From the IMG/VR virus record IMGVR_UViG_3300034105_002232: a DNA stretch of 64,000 bases; one strand, 5' to 3'. Positions 36,370 to 45,769 of the stretch are shown here, piece by piece; the first letter of the stretch is position 1, and every line of letters starts with the position of its first letter. The notes below the pieces were generated by a model. The model ran no database searches. It worked only from the letters and a program-made list of their open reading frames with translations, and was not told the origin of the DNA. The position numbers were made by a program, and so were the translations under genes. Source of the DNA: a virus.

Positions 36370-39033
36370 TTAATCAAACGAGAATAGGCTATCAAAAGTT
36401 GTCTTGATATCTGTGTGACTGGGAATATCCCATGCCAATACTCCCAACAAGTTCTCCACCTTTTGGTCAACAATGGTGGCTTCCATTAGATTGTCGTCAA
36501 ACGGTAGATCTTTAAACCATTGTGGGATATGTGTTTCATCTGTTGGGTAACCCACACTGGTATAGCCCAGCGGATTGTCTCGTAGTTTGCACACAATGGT
36601 TTTCATCCCGTCTACGATAGCGATGCTGTAATTGTCTCCGTGCATGCGACGTAGATTGTTCCAGTTAAGTGCAGCACGAACATGCCCGGGCATGTTGGCA
36701 CGACCCAGTCGTTCTTCTTCTTTGCCATACTTGGTCAAGTTGTTCACACGTTTGGGTGTACCTTTTTCCCATGCAGGTCGGTCTTGAAATGCAATCTTGA
36801 ACTCACGCACACGATCGTATATCTCTTCTCGTTTGGCGTCAGTGAGCACAGCAGTCAACAACTCACTCAAGAAATCTTGCACCACTTTGGGAGTATCGCT
36901 ACGTTTGAGATCCAGCCCCATGGCCTTGACCTTGCCTGGCTTGCCGTGGGTATCTAGTCTGACGCCTTCGTAATCATACATTAGTAGAGCATAGCGTTTC
37001 TTCTTGATAAACAAACCTTTACTGGCTACAAGTTCACGTCCACCTTTGATTAGCTCACCGTTAGATCTGGGTACATGACAGGCTCGTTCCATAAATGCCG
37101 GAAAGCTGGCATTGACTTGGTCTGCAATGGTGTCGTACAACTGAGTGCAAATGTCTTGGTTCCATTCCATTCTGCCGGATTCAACTTCTTCTCTAACTGC
37201 TGGCCAAGCTGTGAAATAACATGAATCAGTGTCTCCGTAGATGATACTTTTACCCACATGGTCATATTCACCGAATATGCACTCATTGATATATGCATCC
37301 ATGTGCCTAGCAATGATGCGTCCAGTAAGAGTAGTACTTTGACCAATCCTTTTATCGAAAAATCTACAACCTGGATTAAGGATCGCACCGTAGAGACTGT
37401 TAAGGTTAATCTTTTTGACAAGTTGTCGTTTGTCCCAGAAGGCTCGATCTTCGTCAGTTGTGGATTCCTTTTTCTTTGCCTGGAGTTCTTTTCGTTCCGC
37501 GTACCATCGTTCCAGTAATCCGGGTACAACGGCTTTTTGTTCATAGCTAAAGATCGTGCCATTTGCACTAAGCATCCAAGGTTTATTTGAGTCAAAGACC
37601 AGTCTCCATACATCTGCAGCACTCAACACATCACTACGACCGTCACCTTCCCAGTCAATGGTGATCTCGGTACCTGCTTCACCTGCCATTACTGCTGTAT
37701 ACTCAAGACTGCCGAACATGTTTTCCCAGGCATCGGCAAAACTTGAACCTGCTGCAATCTTGTCAGCAATGTACCGCTCAGTCATTATTGGCCGGAGTTG
37801 CCCGACAATACTTTCTTGCGCCATGTTAAGGGCTCTAATAGCCGAGGGATAGAGCGAGTTGATGTCAATTGCTCCAATCCAGTCGTGCATGCCTTTTTTT
37901 GGGAAAGCAACATAGGCACCTGCCGCTTGTGTGTCACCTTGATCATCTCTGTTCTTTCTGTTAGGAACTACTAGACCACGTTGATGTGCTTCGTTGATGA
38001 TTGCTTGCTCTGTAACTGCCACTGCGCCCATTGTGGTGGGCAACAGCACTGTGTTGTCGTGCGCCAGTTCGTTGGCCAGGTCAAGAAAGCGCAGTTTCTG
38101 ATCCAGCTTGGCCAAAATCATGGTATCTTGTCTGTTGTAATCAATGAACTTTTCAAAGTCTTTGTTGTACAATTGATCAAGAGTTCCTTCGTACTGCAAC
38201 TTACGTTCACCTAACTCATATTCAGCAATGGCATCCAGACTATAACTATGCCGTTCTTCGTAAGTGTACTTGCGATACAACTGCATGTAGTCTAGATGTA
38301 CTCGACCAATCAAGTCAAAGGTAAGTTGTTCTGCGCCAAATCGTTCAAAGGTACGCTGTTTGGGCATTTGTCCCCACAAGCATAACCGTCGAGTGTCGTC
38401 TTTGCTCAACACTTTAATTATACGCATGGTAGTGTATGGAATATCAAATCCCTCACTGTTCCAGCCACTTAGAATATCTGCATCATCTATCAGATCAAGG
38501 AATGTGTTCAGCATATCCTCTTCACGTTCAAACAAGAAACAGTTGTCAAAGCGATCACAGATCTCCTGTGCAGTTTCCCAACTGTAGCTCTTGGGCGGAA
38601 CCACCATGGTTACCATTTTGTCCAGCCAGTCCAGATAGACCGAGATACTGGTAATTGCATTAAACGGATCTTCGGGACGACTGTAGCCGCGTACCAGATC
38701 AAAATCAACTTCAATGTCAAAGAAAGCTGTGTGTAACTTGGGTGACTGCACACCTGAATAATGTTCTTCCAGGCAGCGAAACACCGGATTGATGTCACTT
38801 TCCCATAGTCGTTTGTTTGAATTAACTCTTACTTCTTTTTGATATTCCTTGCCGTTGCGAGTACTAAATCTTGAAACTGGCGTACCGTAAACTGTGCGAA
38901 ACTTGCCTTTGGGGTCATCGTAGTAGAATAGATAGTTGGCAGGGTATTCTTTGTATACTCGTTCACCGTTGATTCTTTCTACAACATGAATGCGATCTTT
39001 GTCTCTTGCAAATAGTGCGTCAATGTAGCTCAT
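36370..39033 (-). CDS. family B DNA polymerase (T4 gp43-like)
   Basis: ExoI FDIEV, GWNS.GFD, YN..D, DINSLYPS, K..LNS.YG, YGDTDS, KKRY. Confidence 0.97.
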   Translation of the reverse strand: MSYIDALFARDKDRIHVVERINGERVYKEYPANYLFYYDDPKGKFRTVYGTPVSRFSTRNGKEYQKEVRVNSNKRLWESDINPVFRCLEEHYSGVQSPKLHTAFFDIEVDFDLVRGYSRPEDPFNAITSISVYLDWLDKMVTMVVPPKSYSWETAQEICDRFDNCFLFEREEDMLNTFLDLIDDADILSGWNSEGFDIPYTTMRIIKVLSKDDTRRLCLWGQMPKQRTFERFGAEQLTFDLIGRVHLDYMQLYRKYTYEERHSYSLDAIAEYELGERKLQYEGTLDQLYNKDFEKFIDYNRQDTMILAKLDQKLRFLDLANELAHDNTVLLPTTMGAVAVTEQAIINEAHQRGLVVPNRKNRDDQGDTQAAGAYVAFPKKGMHDWIGAIDINSLYPSAIRALNMAQESIVGQLRPIMTERYIADKIAAGSSFADAWENMFGSLEYTAVMAGEAGTEITIDWEGDGRSDVLSAADVWRLVFDSNKPWMLSANGTIFSYEQKAVVPGLLERWYAERKELQAKKKESTTDEDRAFWDKRQLVKKINLNSLYGAILNPGCRFFDKRIGQSTTLTGRIIARHMDAYINECIFGEYDHVGKSIIYGDTDSCYFTAWPAVREEVESGRMEWNQDICTQLYDTIADQVNASFPAFMERACHVPRSNGELIKGGRELVASKGLFIKKKRYALLMYDYEGVRLDTHGKPGKVKAMGLDLKRSDTPKVVQDFLSELLTAVLTDAKREEIYDRVREFKIAFQDRPAWEKGTPKRVNNLTKYGKEEERLGRANMPGHVRAALNWNNLRRMHGDNYSIAIVDGMKTIVCKLRDNPLGYTSVGYPTDETHIPQWFKDLPFDDNLMEATIVDQKVENLLGVLAWDIPSHTDIKTTFDSLFSFD

Positions 39034-39320
39034 TAGTCGTCGCCAAAATCAAACAAGTGTTTGGCATCAGGATGCGTTTCGTAATTTTCTGTTTCTAACA
39101 ACTTCATACCTTGTAAACTTAACACTGCAAAAGATACAATTTTCTCGCTGACATTTTTTGCTGTTAGATTAAAAACTATATCATGATCCTCGCCATCATA
39201 CCAATCAATTGTGTAATTATTTGGTATATTTATATCAGCCCACTGTTTTATTTTTGGTGGTGTGTCAGTACCATCAACCCATGTTTTGTTAAAACCTAGT
39301 GTAATTTTTTTATAAGTCAT
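39033..39320 (-). CDS. hypothetical protein
   Basis: ORF coupled to the polymerase start. Confidence 0.55.
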   Translation of the reverse strand: MTYKKITLGFNKTWVDGTDTPPKIKQWADINIPNNYTIDWYDGEDHDIVFNLTAKNVSEKIVSFAVLSLQGMKLLETENYETHPDAKHLFDFGDD

Positions 39321-39333
39321 AGGATGTATTATA

Positions 39334-39624
39334 TTAGTTAAGTAGTAATCTTGCAAGACCAATGGAATCTATGGTAGTTAGTAACAGGTAGTTGGCCAAC
39401 ATACCAAAAGATCTTCGGGTGATAGCAGCCCAGGAGTACAAAGCACACCCAAGAATCCATAATGGATAAAGTACAATTAACGGAACATTTGGCACCGTGA
39501 GTGACATGGTAAGAGCACACCCAATGGATATGAGCCAGGCCATGCACTCAATGATAAAACGAACAGGGTGAGAGTGATAATCATCTTGAATCCATTGGAT
39601 AGTGCCCTTGACAATGTCAATCAA
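39334..39624 (-). CDS. small membrane protein
   Basis: Three hydrophobic segments. Confidence 0.7.
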   Translation of the reverse strand: MIDIVKGTIQWIQDDYHSHPVRFIIECMAWLISIGCALTMSLTVPNVPLIVLYPLWILGCALYSWAAITRRSFGMLANYLLLTTIDSIGLARLLLN

Positions 39625-39884
39625 AGAGTTTTGCCCACAGTTTCTAAAATGCTGTTTAGTTCTTCATGATCAGCATTTTCGTCGCCTAGTTTGGCTTTGT
39701 GTGCAACTTTGATTGCTTTTTTGAGTACAGCAGGTTTAATTTCCATCTCCTCTGCAATTGCTTTGATGGTATCACTGAGTCCTGCATTAAGGTCTTCAAC
39801 TTCTTGCATGACTGCCATGCCTTCATTGAAGATTTGAGTGAGTTTGGCTTTTTGTTCTGATGAGAACATTCTTGATCCGGACAT
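39621..39884 (-). CDS. T4 DsbA/GapR-like dsDNA-binding protein
   Basis: Helical; ..L.D.IK.IAEE.EIKP..LKKAI pattern. Confidence 0.65.
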   Translation of the reverse strand: MSGSRMFSSEQKAKLTQIFNEGMAVMQEVEDLNAGLSDTIKAIAEEMEIKPAVLKKAIKVAHKAKLGDENADHEELNSILETVGKTL

Positions 39885-39906
39885 ACAGTCTCCTAGTTAA
39901 AGCACT

Positions 39907-39935
39907 AGTATATAGTATTGCCAAGGAAATAGCAA
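39907..39935 (-). promoter_or_regulatory. sigma70-type promoter TTGCTA-N17-TATACT
   Basis: Read directly. Confidence 0.6.
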
Positions 39936-39946
39936 TATAAATTTGC

Positions 39947-40022
39947 TCACTTTTAAAATGCATCAGGGCACGACTCCCTATCATGTTAGCGCAGCAGCCG
40001 CGCCCTCACGGTCCTAAAGTGA
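39947..40022 (-). ncRNA. candidate structured RNA of unknown class
   Basis: Closing stem TCACTTT/AAAGTGA encloses hairpins GCGC/GCGC and AGGG/CCCT; GC-rich in an AT-rich intergenic context. Confidence 0.4.
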
Positions 40023-40211
40023 AGACTTTGCTCGAGACTCGCAAATGCGAGTCCTATATACTGTTCCGTCGGCGTGTTTTTCTTCGTTCCAAGCAGAACA
40101 TGTTTGCTCTTGTTTGACTGGTTGGTCAGGGAGTATTTTATCCACTGTCCAGTTTGCACCCATCCAGCCCATGGCACTAAAAAATCCCCATACCAGCATT
40201 TCACCTATCAT
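40014..40211 (-). CDS. small membrane-anchored protein
   Basis: N-terminal hydrophobic helix; two Cys. Confidence 0.55.
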   Translation of the reverse strand: MIGEMLVWGFFSAMGWMGANWTVDKILPDQPVKQEQTCSAWNEEKHADGTVYRTRICESRAKSSL

Positions 40212-40780
40212 TGTGGTAACCTTTGTTGAATAAGTTTAACAACCTCGGTGTTCAATACCACTTCATAATGATTACAGTCCAGTTCAATCAGTTCCATGAT
40301 ATCATTGCGTTTCTTTTGGCTGGACACTGTTACTACTCCGTCGTTGGGTTTAGATAACCAAGGTGAATCACCTTGTGTAGTAACTATGTTGCACCATGGC
40401 TGTTTTACTTGGATATCTCTGGCATACCGCATGGCCCACGAATTTGGTCCAATGTCTTTTAACAGTCTGCTGTACGGCAAAAAATACTTGGCCACATCAG
40501 CAACTTCGGCGCCGCCATAAGGAGTGCTTAGTGTAATTGCTCCCAGCACCTGATCCGGGAATTCAGCTGCCAGGTGCAAGGCATACACACCACCTAGACT
40601 ATGACAAACGAAGAACATGTCTTTTTTGTTTGCCAACTGATAACGCATATCAGCTAGATTTTTTTCAAACCCGTTACGACTATCATAATTGATCAGCCAA
40701 TCGTTGCCGCCCACGTGTTCTCTAATATAGTTGAAACTCTCACTAGTAGCACTGGCACCATGGATATAAACTATTACCAT
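40208..40780 (-). CDS. alpha/beta hydrolase (lipase/esterase-like)
   Basis: YIHG, HSLGG nucleophile elbow, STPYGG, NDGVV, His. Confidence 0.88.
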   Translation of the reverse strand: MVIVYIHGASATSESFNYIREHVGGNDWLINYDSRNGFEKNLADMRYQLANKKDMFFVCHSLGGVYALHLAAEFPDQVLGAITLSTPYGGAEVADVAKYFLPYSRLLKDIGPNSWAMRYARDIQVKQPWCNIVTTQGDSPWLSKPNDGVVTVSSQKKRNDIMELIELDCNHYEVVLNTEVVKLIQQRLPQ

Positions 40781-41934
40781 TATGTTCGATACTCCGGCCA
40801 TAAGTCAGCAAACCGGTATTTGAAGTCGGGCCAATAAGTCTGCTCTTGCTTGGAGTGCCACTCATATAAATCATTGCAGTTGTCTTTGCTGGTAGTTGTG
40901 TTTCTAATGCTGTTGGCCATTTCTTGTAAGAAAGTTTTTTGTCTATGCCATTTATGGTACGGTATAGATTTTTCTAACTCTTGTGCTGCCAGATCCCTAA
41001 ATTGTTTAGGTAAATTAATTACTGATAATACAACAGGGTTATTAAGTTCATTCCATCTCATATTTGGCAAATTATTATCGGCAAAGTATTCGTGTACCTG
41101 TGATAAATTTAATGCGTTGTAAACCGAATACACACTGGCTACCCCAATTAAATGCCCAGGCCGATCCTTTACAGCATCCTGCAGATACCTGATATTTTTT
41201 AACAGTAAATCCCAACTGGCTCCATGCCTGACATACTCAAATTTCTGCTCTACTGTGTCAAAGCTGATATCCCACACCACACGATTTTTGTCCAGTAACT
41301 TTTTAAATATTTGATTATTTTCTAATGGAACACTTAGGTTTGTTATTAGATTGATATGTACATCAGGGCCAATGGCATCCAGCAATTGATCATTTTCTTT
41401 TTGCAATAATGGTTCACCACCAAGTAGTCCTAGATTTTTCAATGTACTTTGATTTGACTCAATGAATGCGATTATTCCAGGCATGGTGTTCCTGTAGTCT
41501 AATCTTTCTAACGGAATTTTCTGATGAGACGCCCATATACTACTTGCTTCGGGACCGCAATAGGTACAACTAAGATTGCAGGTATTAGACCAACGTATAT
41601 CTAAGTTTTGTAGATGCTGATCTTGGATAGTATCAAGATTAATAGTTTTTCTTTCTGATATATCATTATACCAATTTCTTTCGCTGGTACTAGTCATTTG
41701 TTCCTGTCTTTCACAGATAGAACAATTCTCATGAGTTTTATTTTCTGCAATTGCCTGTTTGATATGTAAGATCTGGCTAGATTTAATTACATCTTGTATT
41801 GGGGTTATTCGTAAATCTGCCAGGGCAACTTCGCCAGCACAGCAGGTTTTGTAAGACCCTTGTGGATTGATGTGTATGTTGGTCCAAGGTGCGTAGCAAA
41901 AGTTTTTGCCAATTGAATTATCAAGTTTTATCAT
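40780..41934 (-). CDS. radical SAM protein with twitch/SPASM-like N-terminal domain
   Basis: CYAPW...CC...C..C; CNLSCTYC; GGEPL. Confidence 0.88.
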   Translation of the reverse strand: MIKLDNSIGKNFCYAPWTNIHINPQGSYKTCCAGEVALADLRITPIQDVIKSSQILHIKQAIAENKTHENCSICERQEQMTSTSERNWYNDISERKTINLDTIQDQHLQNLDIRWSNTCNLSCTYCGPEASSIWASHQKIPLERLDYRNTMPGIIAFIESNQSTLKNLGLLGGEPLLQKENDQLLDAIGPDVHINLITNLSVPLENNQIFKKLLDKNRVVWDISFDTVEQKFEYVRHGASWDLLLKNIRYLQDAVKDRPGHLIGVASVYSVYNALNLSQVHEYFADNNLPNMRWNELNNPVVLSVINLPKQFRDLAAQELEKSIPYHKWHRQKTFLQEMANSIRNTTTSKDNCNDLYEWHSKQEQTYWPDFKYRFADLWPEYRT

Positions 41935-41969
41935 TGAATTACCGTTAAAATGCGGCCTAGGCCGCATTG

Positions 41970-42404
41970 TTATTTAAGTGTTGAACGTAACTGCCAACTA
42001 TGTTTTGCATGTGCGTCTTGTCGATCAGCCAAGAAATTACTTAGACCGTGTTCGCCTAATTCTTCGGCTGCCATGAACACAATCTTGAACATCTCCTGCA
42101 TTTTTACAGAGTCTGCCAACAATTGTGCTACCATCTCATCAGGTTGCAGTATGTCTGTCTCGTCATCAATGCCCGACAGCATGCTGAACCGAGAAAACGA
42201 TCCGGGCGTATAAGATCCAATCTTGCGAATATTTTCAGCAAATGGATCAATGCTACCGTACACTTCTTCGTATATGTTGCCAAACAAGTCATGCAACTGT
42301 GAGAATAGCGGTCCCTCCACGTTCCAATGAAAATAGTGCGCTTTTAAATAAAAAGCAAATTCACTTGCAAATGCTATCTTCAACGCCTTTTGTAATTCAT
42401 TCAT
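41970..42404 (-). CDS. dps: Dps / ferritin-like DNA protection protein
   Basis: HWNVEG..F..LH..F...Y, D..AE.IR, K..WQL. Confidence 0.93.
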   Translation of the reverse strand: MNELQKALKIAFASEFAFYLKAHYFHWNVEGPLFSQLHDLFGNIYEEVYGSIDPFAENIRKIGSYTPGSFSRFSMLSGIDDETDILQPDEMVAQLLADSVKMQEMFKIVFMAAEELGEHGLSNFLADRQDAHAKHSWQLRSTLK

Positions 42405-42538
42405 TATCTACCTTGTCCTCTGTATGCTTTATGACTTTGTTTCTGTACCTTGTTCATGGAACTGGTTTTTACACGGCCGCCTTGGCTGGTGCGCTTGCTG
42501 ACTGCATTGATTTTACTGTTTGAATTTTTTACTGCCAT
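42404..42538 (-). CDS. 44-aa basic peptide ending KAYRGQGR (not in ORF track)
   Basis: AAGGAG RBS, ATG, TAATG coupling to dps; hand-translated. Confidence 0.7.
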   Translation of the reverse strand: MAVKNSNSKINAVSKRTSQGGRVKTSSMNKVQKQSHKAYRGQGR

Positions 42539-42549
42539 GATTGATCTCC

Positions 42550-44397
42550 TTATTTGGGTACACAGTTATTTACTCTTACTCCGCCCTTGACTTTGGTTTT
42601 AGGGCTGCCAATTTTTTTGCCCTTCCAACATTTAGGATCTAGGCGAACTTTTTCTTCCTGTAGTCCGTATCCGGCACGTTCAAGTTCTTCCATGTAACTC
42701 TCAATGGATTCAGTCATGCTGCGATCATGTGCGCGATGTGCTGCACGATCACGGTCAGCATCAGGTTCGTGTCCTGTGGTTTTTTTCTTTGGTGCATCAT
42801 ATTGGTCGCCACGGATGCCTTTGTACACACGTTTGCCAGTTTTAGGATCATCCTCGTAGTGATGACGTTCACCTGGGCGTAGACTTTCCTTCATGCTTTT
42901 GGCTTGGTCAGCTGCAATTTCTGCACGTAGTGCATCAATTTCTGCTTGTTTTTGTGCAGCCAGTTTCTTGTAATAGCTGGGGTCTGGCAATCCACGCTTC
43001 TTGCGTAGTTCTTGATGCTGTTGATGCAACTTGTCCTGCACTGAAGTTTCTGTCATGCTGTAGCCAGGGCATTCCATCATGCCGTGTTCGCTGCAGTAAC
43101 GACCTTCGTTGGTCATGTTACAACCAGCTTCACCTAAGCCAAGTGCTTTTTCCTGTTGCTGTTTTATTTTGTCAAGCTGTTTGAATCTGTTTCGCTTATA
43201 CTCGGTGTGTAATTTGGCACCGTAAGTTTCCTCTACACCTTGTTCGTTCTTGATCCATTCGTCCGGAGTCATTCCATATTTTTCAACAAACTGGTCGTGC
43301 AATTCTTTAGGAGTAACATTTGACTTGTTGGCAATGGTCTGCATCATATGATCTATTGCGTTATAACTATGCGGATTTTTTAAATCTTTTGCTAAGTCTT
43401 CAACAGCACCTTCCGCTACACCTACATTTGCTGTATGTACAACTTTGAAATCTTGATGATTAGCAAACATCTTGGTCATGAGATATTTTTGTGCTTGATC
43501 TTTGGTTTCAAAACTAGGAGTGTTCAATACTGGATTGCCAGAATTTTTATACACAATATGATAACCGGTCAAAGGCTCATCAAATCTGTTGCCTTCCGCC
43601 ACACCTTGCCGCTCGGCAAAGTTTTCTTTAGCAATATGTTTAGTTGGATCAAATTGTTTACCTGACATAGAGGCAATAATTTGTTGATATTTGTGATCTC
43701 CAAGGAATCCTGGATCGTTAAGTTTTTGTTTTACTAAGTCCTTAAACTCAGGACGCTCACGCCAGTTCCAAGAATCACCATTGAGTGGTGTAACAAGACT
43801 AAATCCTGGTTTGCGAGGATCACCATTGTTGTCAGTTACTTTTAGATGCTTGCCGTAGATTTCATCAAAATTCAAGCCTTCCGCCACACCTTGTTGACCA
43901 ATCTGTACTAGCCACTCAAGTTCATCCTCAACTTCTTTAACAGCGAAGAATTTGACATTAGGAATTTGTTTTGTATCAAACCATTTGTTAGCTACTTTGA
44001 CCATCCAAGCACGATGTTGAGGGTCGCTTGAGTTTGGTTCATACTCACCGGTCATGTTAATCCAAAGTGGATGTACATTGCCGTCCATATCGTACCCTAC
44101 TAGTTCGCGCCATTCTTGTTCCAATTGATCAGGAACAAACTGATCTAATTCAGTATCGCTCATCCACTCTTGGCCAATGTCCAAGCCTTCAGCCACACCT
44201 TGTTGTTCACGCTTTCTCAATTCCCGGCGAATCAATGTTTTAAATTTTAATTCATTACGACCCATTACACCTGGTCTTAGCATTGCTTTCAGTTCATCGG
44301 TACTATGTTTGCTGTAGTCTGCACCACCTGGCGCTATCTGGTCAACTCGGCCTTCCGCCACACCTTGCTTTTTATTAAAAAAATCATTAATAAACAT
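42550..44397 (-). CDS. modular (polyprotein-like) probable internal head protein with QGVAEG linkers
   Basis: 615 aa; six QGVAEG-like repeats separate unrelated segments. Confidence 0.6.
   Translation of the reverse strand: MFINDFFNKKQGVAEGRVDQIAPGGADYSKHSTDELKAMLRPGVMGRNELKFKTLIRRELRKREQQGVAEGLDIGQEWMSDTELDQFVPDQLEQEWRELVGYDMDGNVHPLWINMTGEYEPNSSDPQHRAWMVKVANKWFDTKQIPNVKFFAVKEVEDELEWLVQIGQQGVAEGLNFDEIYGKHLKVTDNNGDPRKPGFSLVTPLNGDSWNWRERPEFKDLVKQKLNDPGFLGDHKYQQIIASMSGKQFDPTKHIAKENFAERQGVAEGNRFDEPLTGYHIVYKNSGNPVLNTPSFETKDQAQKYLMTKMFANHQDFKVVHTANVGVAEGAVEDLAKDLKNPHSYNAIDHMMQTIANKSNVTPKELHDQFVEKYGMTPDEWIKNEQGVEETYGAKLHTEYKRNRFKQLDKIKQQQEKALGLGEAGCNMTNEGRYCSEHGMMECPGYSMTETSVQDKLHQQHQELRKKRGLPDPSYYKKLAAQKQAEIDALRAEIAADQAKSMKESLRPGERHHYEDDPKTGKRVYKGIRGDQYDAPKKKTTGHEPDADRDRAAHRAHDRSMTESIESYMEELERAGYGLQEEKVRLDPKCWKGKKIGSPKTKVKGGVRVNNCVPK
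43225..44367 (-). repeat. dispersed in-frame 18-bp repeat CAAGGTGTGGCGGAAGGC
   Basis: Identical copies at 44350-44367, 43876-43893 and 43591-43608; one mismatch at 44185-44202; degenerate at 43408-43425 and 43225-43242. Confidence 0.9.
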
Positions 44398-44406
44398 AAT
44401 ATCCTC

Positions 44407-44916
44407 TTAAATTGCCTGGGTTCTTAGTGCTGCTATTTGCGACGTTAGGTCTTCAATTTGTCCTTGAATGGCAATTTTTTGTGACTGAGTATCTCTAAGA
44501 CTCATGGCTTTTTCAACTGGATTGGCACCTTGTGGGAAAGCTCTGTTCAGCTGTGCAATTTGTCCTCGTGCTCCAGCCAGCTGTGCAGTTAATCCACCAA
44601 CTTGGCCTTTTATTTCGTCTTTCTGAGCTTTACGTTGCTGACCCATGGCAAACTCCTCTGCAGGGTTTCTGGCTGTGTCGTTACCAATACCGGATCCAGG
44701 TGCACCGTATTCTGCAAGATACTGTTCAAATTCCGCACGCAGGCTTTGTTCAACACTTTCGTCTGTGCCACCATCACCTACCAGGCGTCCTTTAAAAGGA
44801 TGACCTTTCTTGCTTGTGCGAGCTTTTTCTGTGCCACGCACTTGATCACCGGGCTTTTGACCCACTGCTTGTCCAGCAAATGACATCTTCTCTAATAGGT
44901 CGCGCATGTTGCTCAT
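44407..44916 (-). CDS. hypothetical, probable virion/internal protein
   Basis: QKPGDQVRG...HPF.GRLVG motif and coiled coil. Confidence 0.6.
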   Translation of the reverse strand: MSNMRDLLEKMSFAGQAVGQKPGDQVRGTEKARTSKKGHPFKGRLVGDGGTDESVEQSLRAEFEQYLAEYGAPGSGIGNDTARNPAEEFAMGQQRKAQKDEIKGQVGGLTAQLAGARGQIAQLNRAFPQGANPVEKAMSLRDTQSQKIAIQGQIEDLTSQIAALRTQAI

Positions 44917-45740
44917 TAGTAAACGCCTTTGCCCACAGCAACTTTTTTCATCTTGGCAGCATTGCCCAGTTTCTTAGGTACGCCTGATGTTGGCTTGTGT
45001 GCTGGTCCGCCCATGCTTGTGGCAACACCTGCTGAACTTGATCCACCACCTGTGGCCATTTCGCTGACCTGACGACTTTCGTCGTATTTGTTGTACTTGT
45101 CTCTAATCTTGTCTAAATCTTTGCCTTCACGACCTGCTTTAGCCAATGCCGCCATGCCCTCTTTGCCGTACTTCTCATGGCCTTTGGCAGCACGACTCAT
45201 GCCTTTTTGGCCATCCTCGCCTAGGCTAGCTTGTCCTGCAACAGCTTTACCTGTTGGCTTAGAACTTATTCCTGTGCGACTTGATTTCATTTTTTCTTTG
45301 CCGCCACCAATGTGTCTACTACCGCCTAAACGTTCAGATTGTCTTGGTTTATGTGTTTTACCTACTGTGGGTTTGTTCTTAGATAAGAAATCAGCCACAG
45401 CATCATCATAATCATCTTCTACTAGCAGCTGATCAAATGCATACTCTGCAGCTTCAGCTGTGAAGCTCATCATGACCTGCTCTTGATCATGCGCCATTTC
45501 GTGTGACAAATACTCATGTACTGTACGCAAATAGTCATTTGCTAGAGTGATCTTTTCGCTTACCCAGCCATCCAGGCCTTGCTGTTCGCTAACTTCTTTA
45601 AGCATACGGTGCAGTTCAATTGCATATTTGGCTGCACTATAGCAATCACTGCGGGCCATTTGTACTTCATGGTCAGAATGCATGTCATCTGCTTCTTGTG
45701 CAATTTGACTAGTTTCTACAATAAATTCTGTTGGTTTCAT
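44916..45740 (-). CDS. hypothetical, probable internal head protein
   Basis: N-terminus MKPTEFIVE resembles the T4 capsid-targeting sequence; DHEVQMAR..., WV..KIT.A.DYL. Confidence 0.6.
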   Translation of the reverse strand: MKPTEFIVETSQIAQEADDMHSDHEVQMARSDCYSAAKYAIELHRMLKEVSEQQGLDGWVSEKITLANDYLRTVHEYLSHEMAHDQEQVMMSFTAEAAEYAFDQLLVEDDYDDAVADFLSKNKPTVGKTHKPRQSERLGGSRHIGGGKEKMKSSRTGISSKPTGKAVAGQASLGEDGQKGMSRAAKGHEKYGKEGMAALAKAGREGKDLDKIRDKYNKYDESRQVSEMATGGGSSSAGVATSMGGPAHKPTSGVPKKLGNAAKMKKVAVGKGVY

Positions 45741-45763
45741 GTTGGTTACCTATTAGTAATATG

Positions 45764-45769
45764 TATTTA
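45764..45769 (-). promoter_or_regulatory. T4-late-like TAAATA box (same motif also at 20019, 46933, 48590, 51569, 55084, 57504, 62113, 63932)
   Basis: Recurs immediately upstream of genes. Confidence 0.55.

Noticed and set aside
36370-39033. Intein or intron in the DNA polymerase (and in thyA)
   Set aside because: Both ORFs are continuous and of normal size; thyA has only a short in-frame loop insertion; no intein terminal motifs seen
39947-40022. tRNA gene
   Set aside because: No GTTCRA T-loop, D-loop GG pattern or four-arm cloverleaf; no tRNA recognised anywhere in the window by eye
43225-44367. Repeat-spacer pattern as a CRISPR array
   Set aside because: Repeats are 18 bp, spacings are 165-309 bp and all in frame within one ORF; no cas genes in the window
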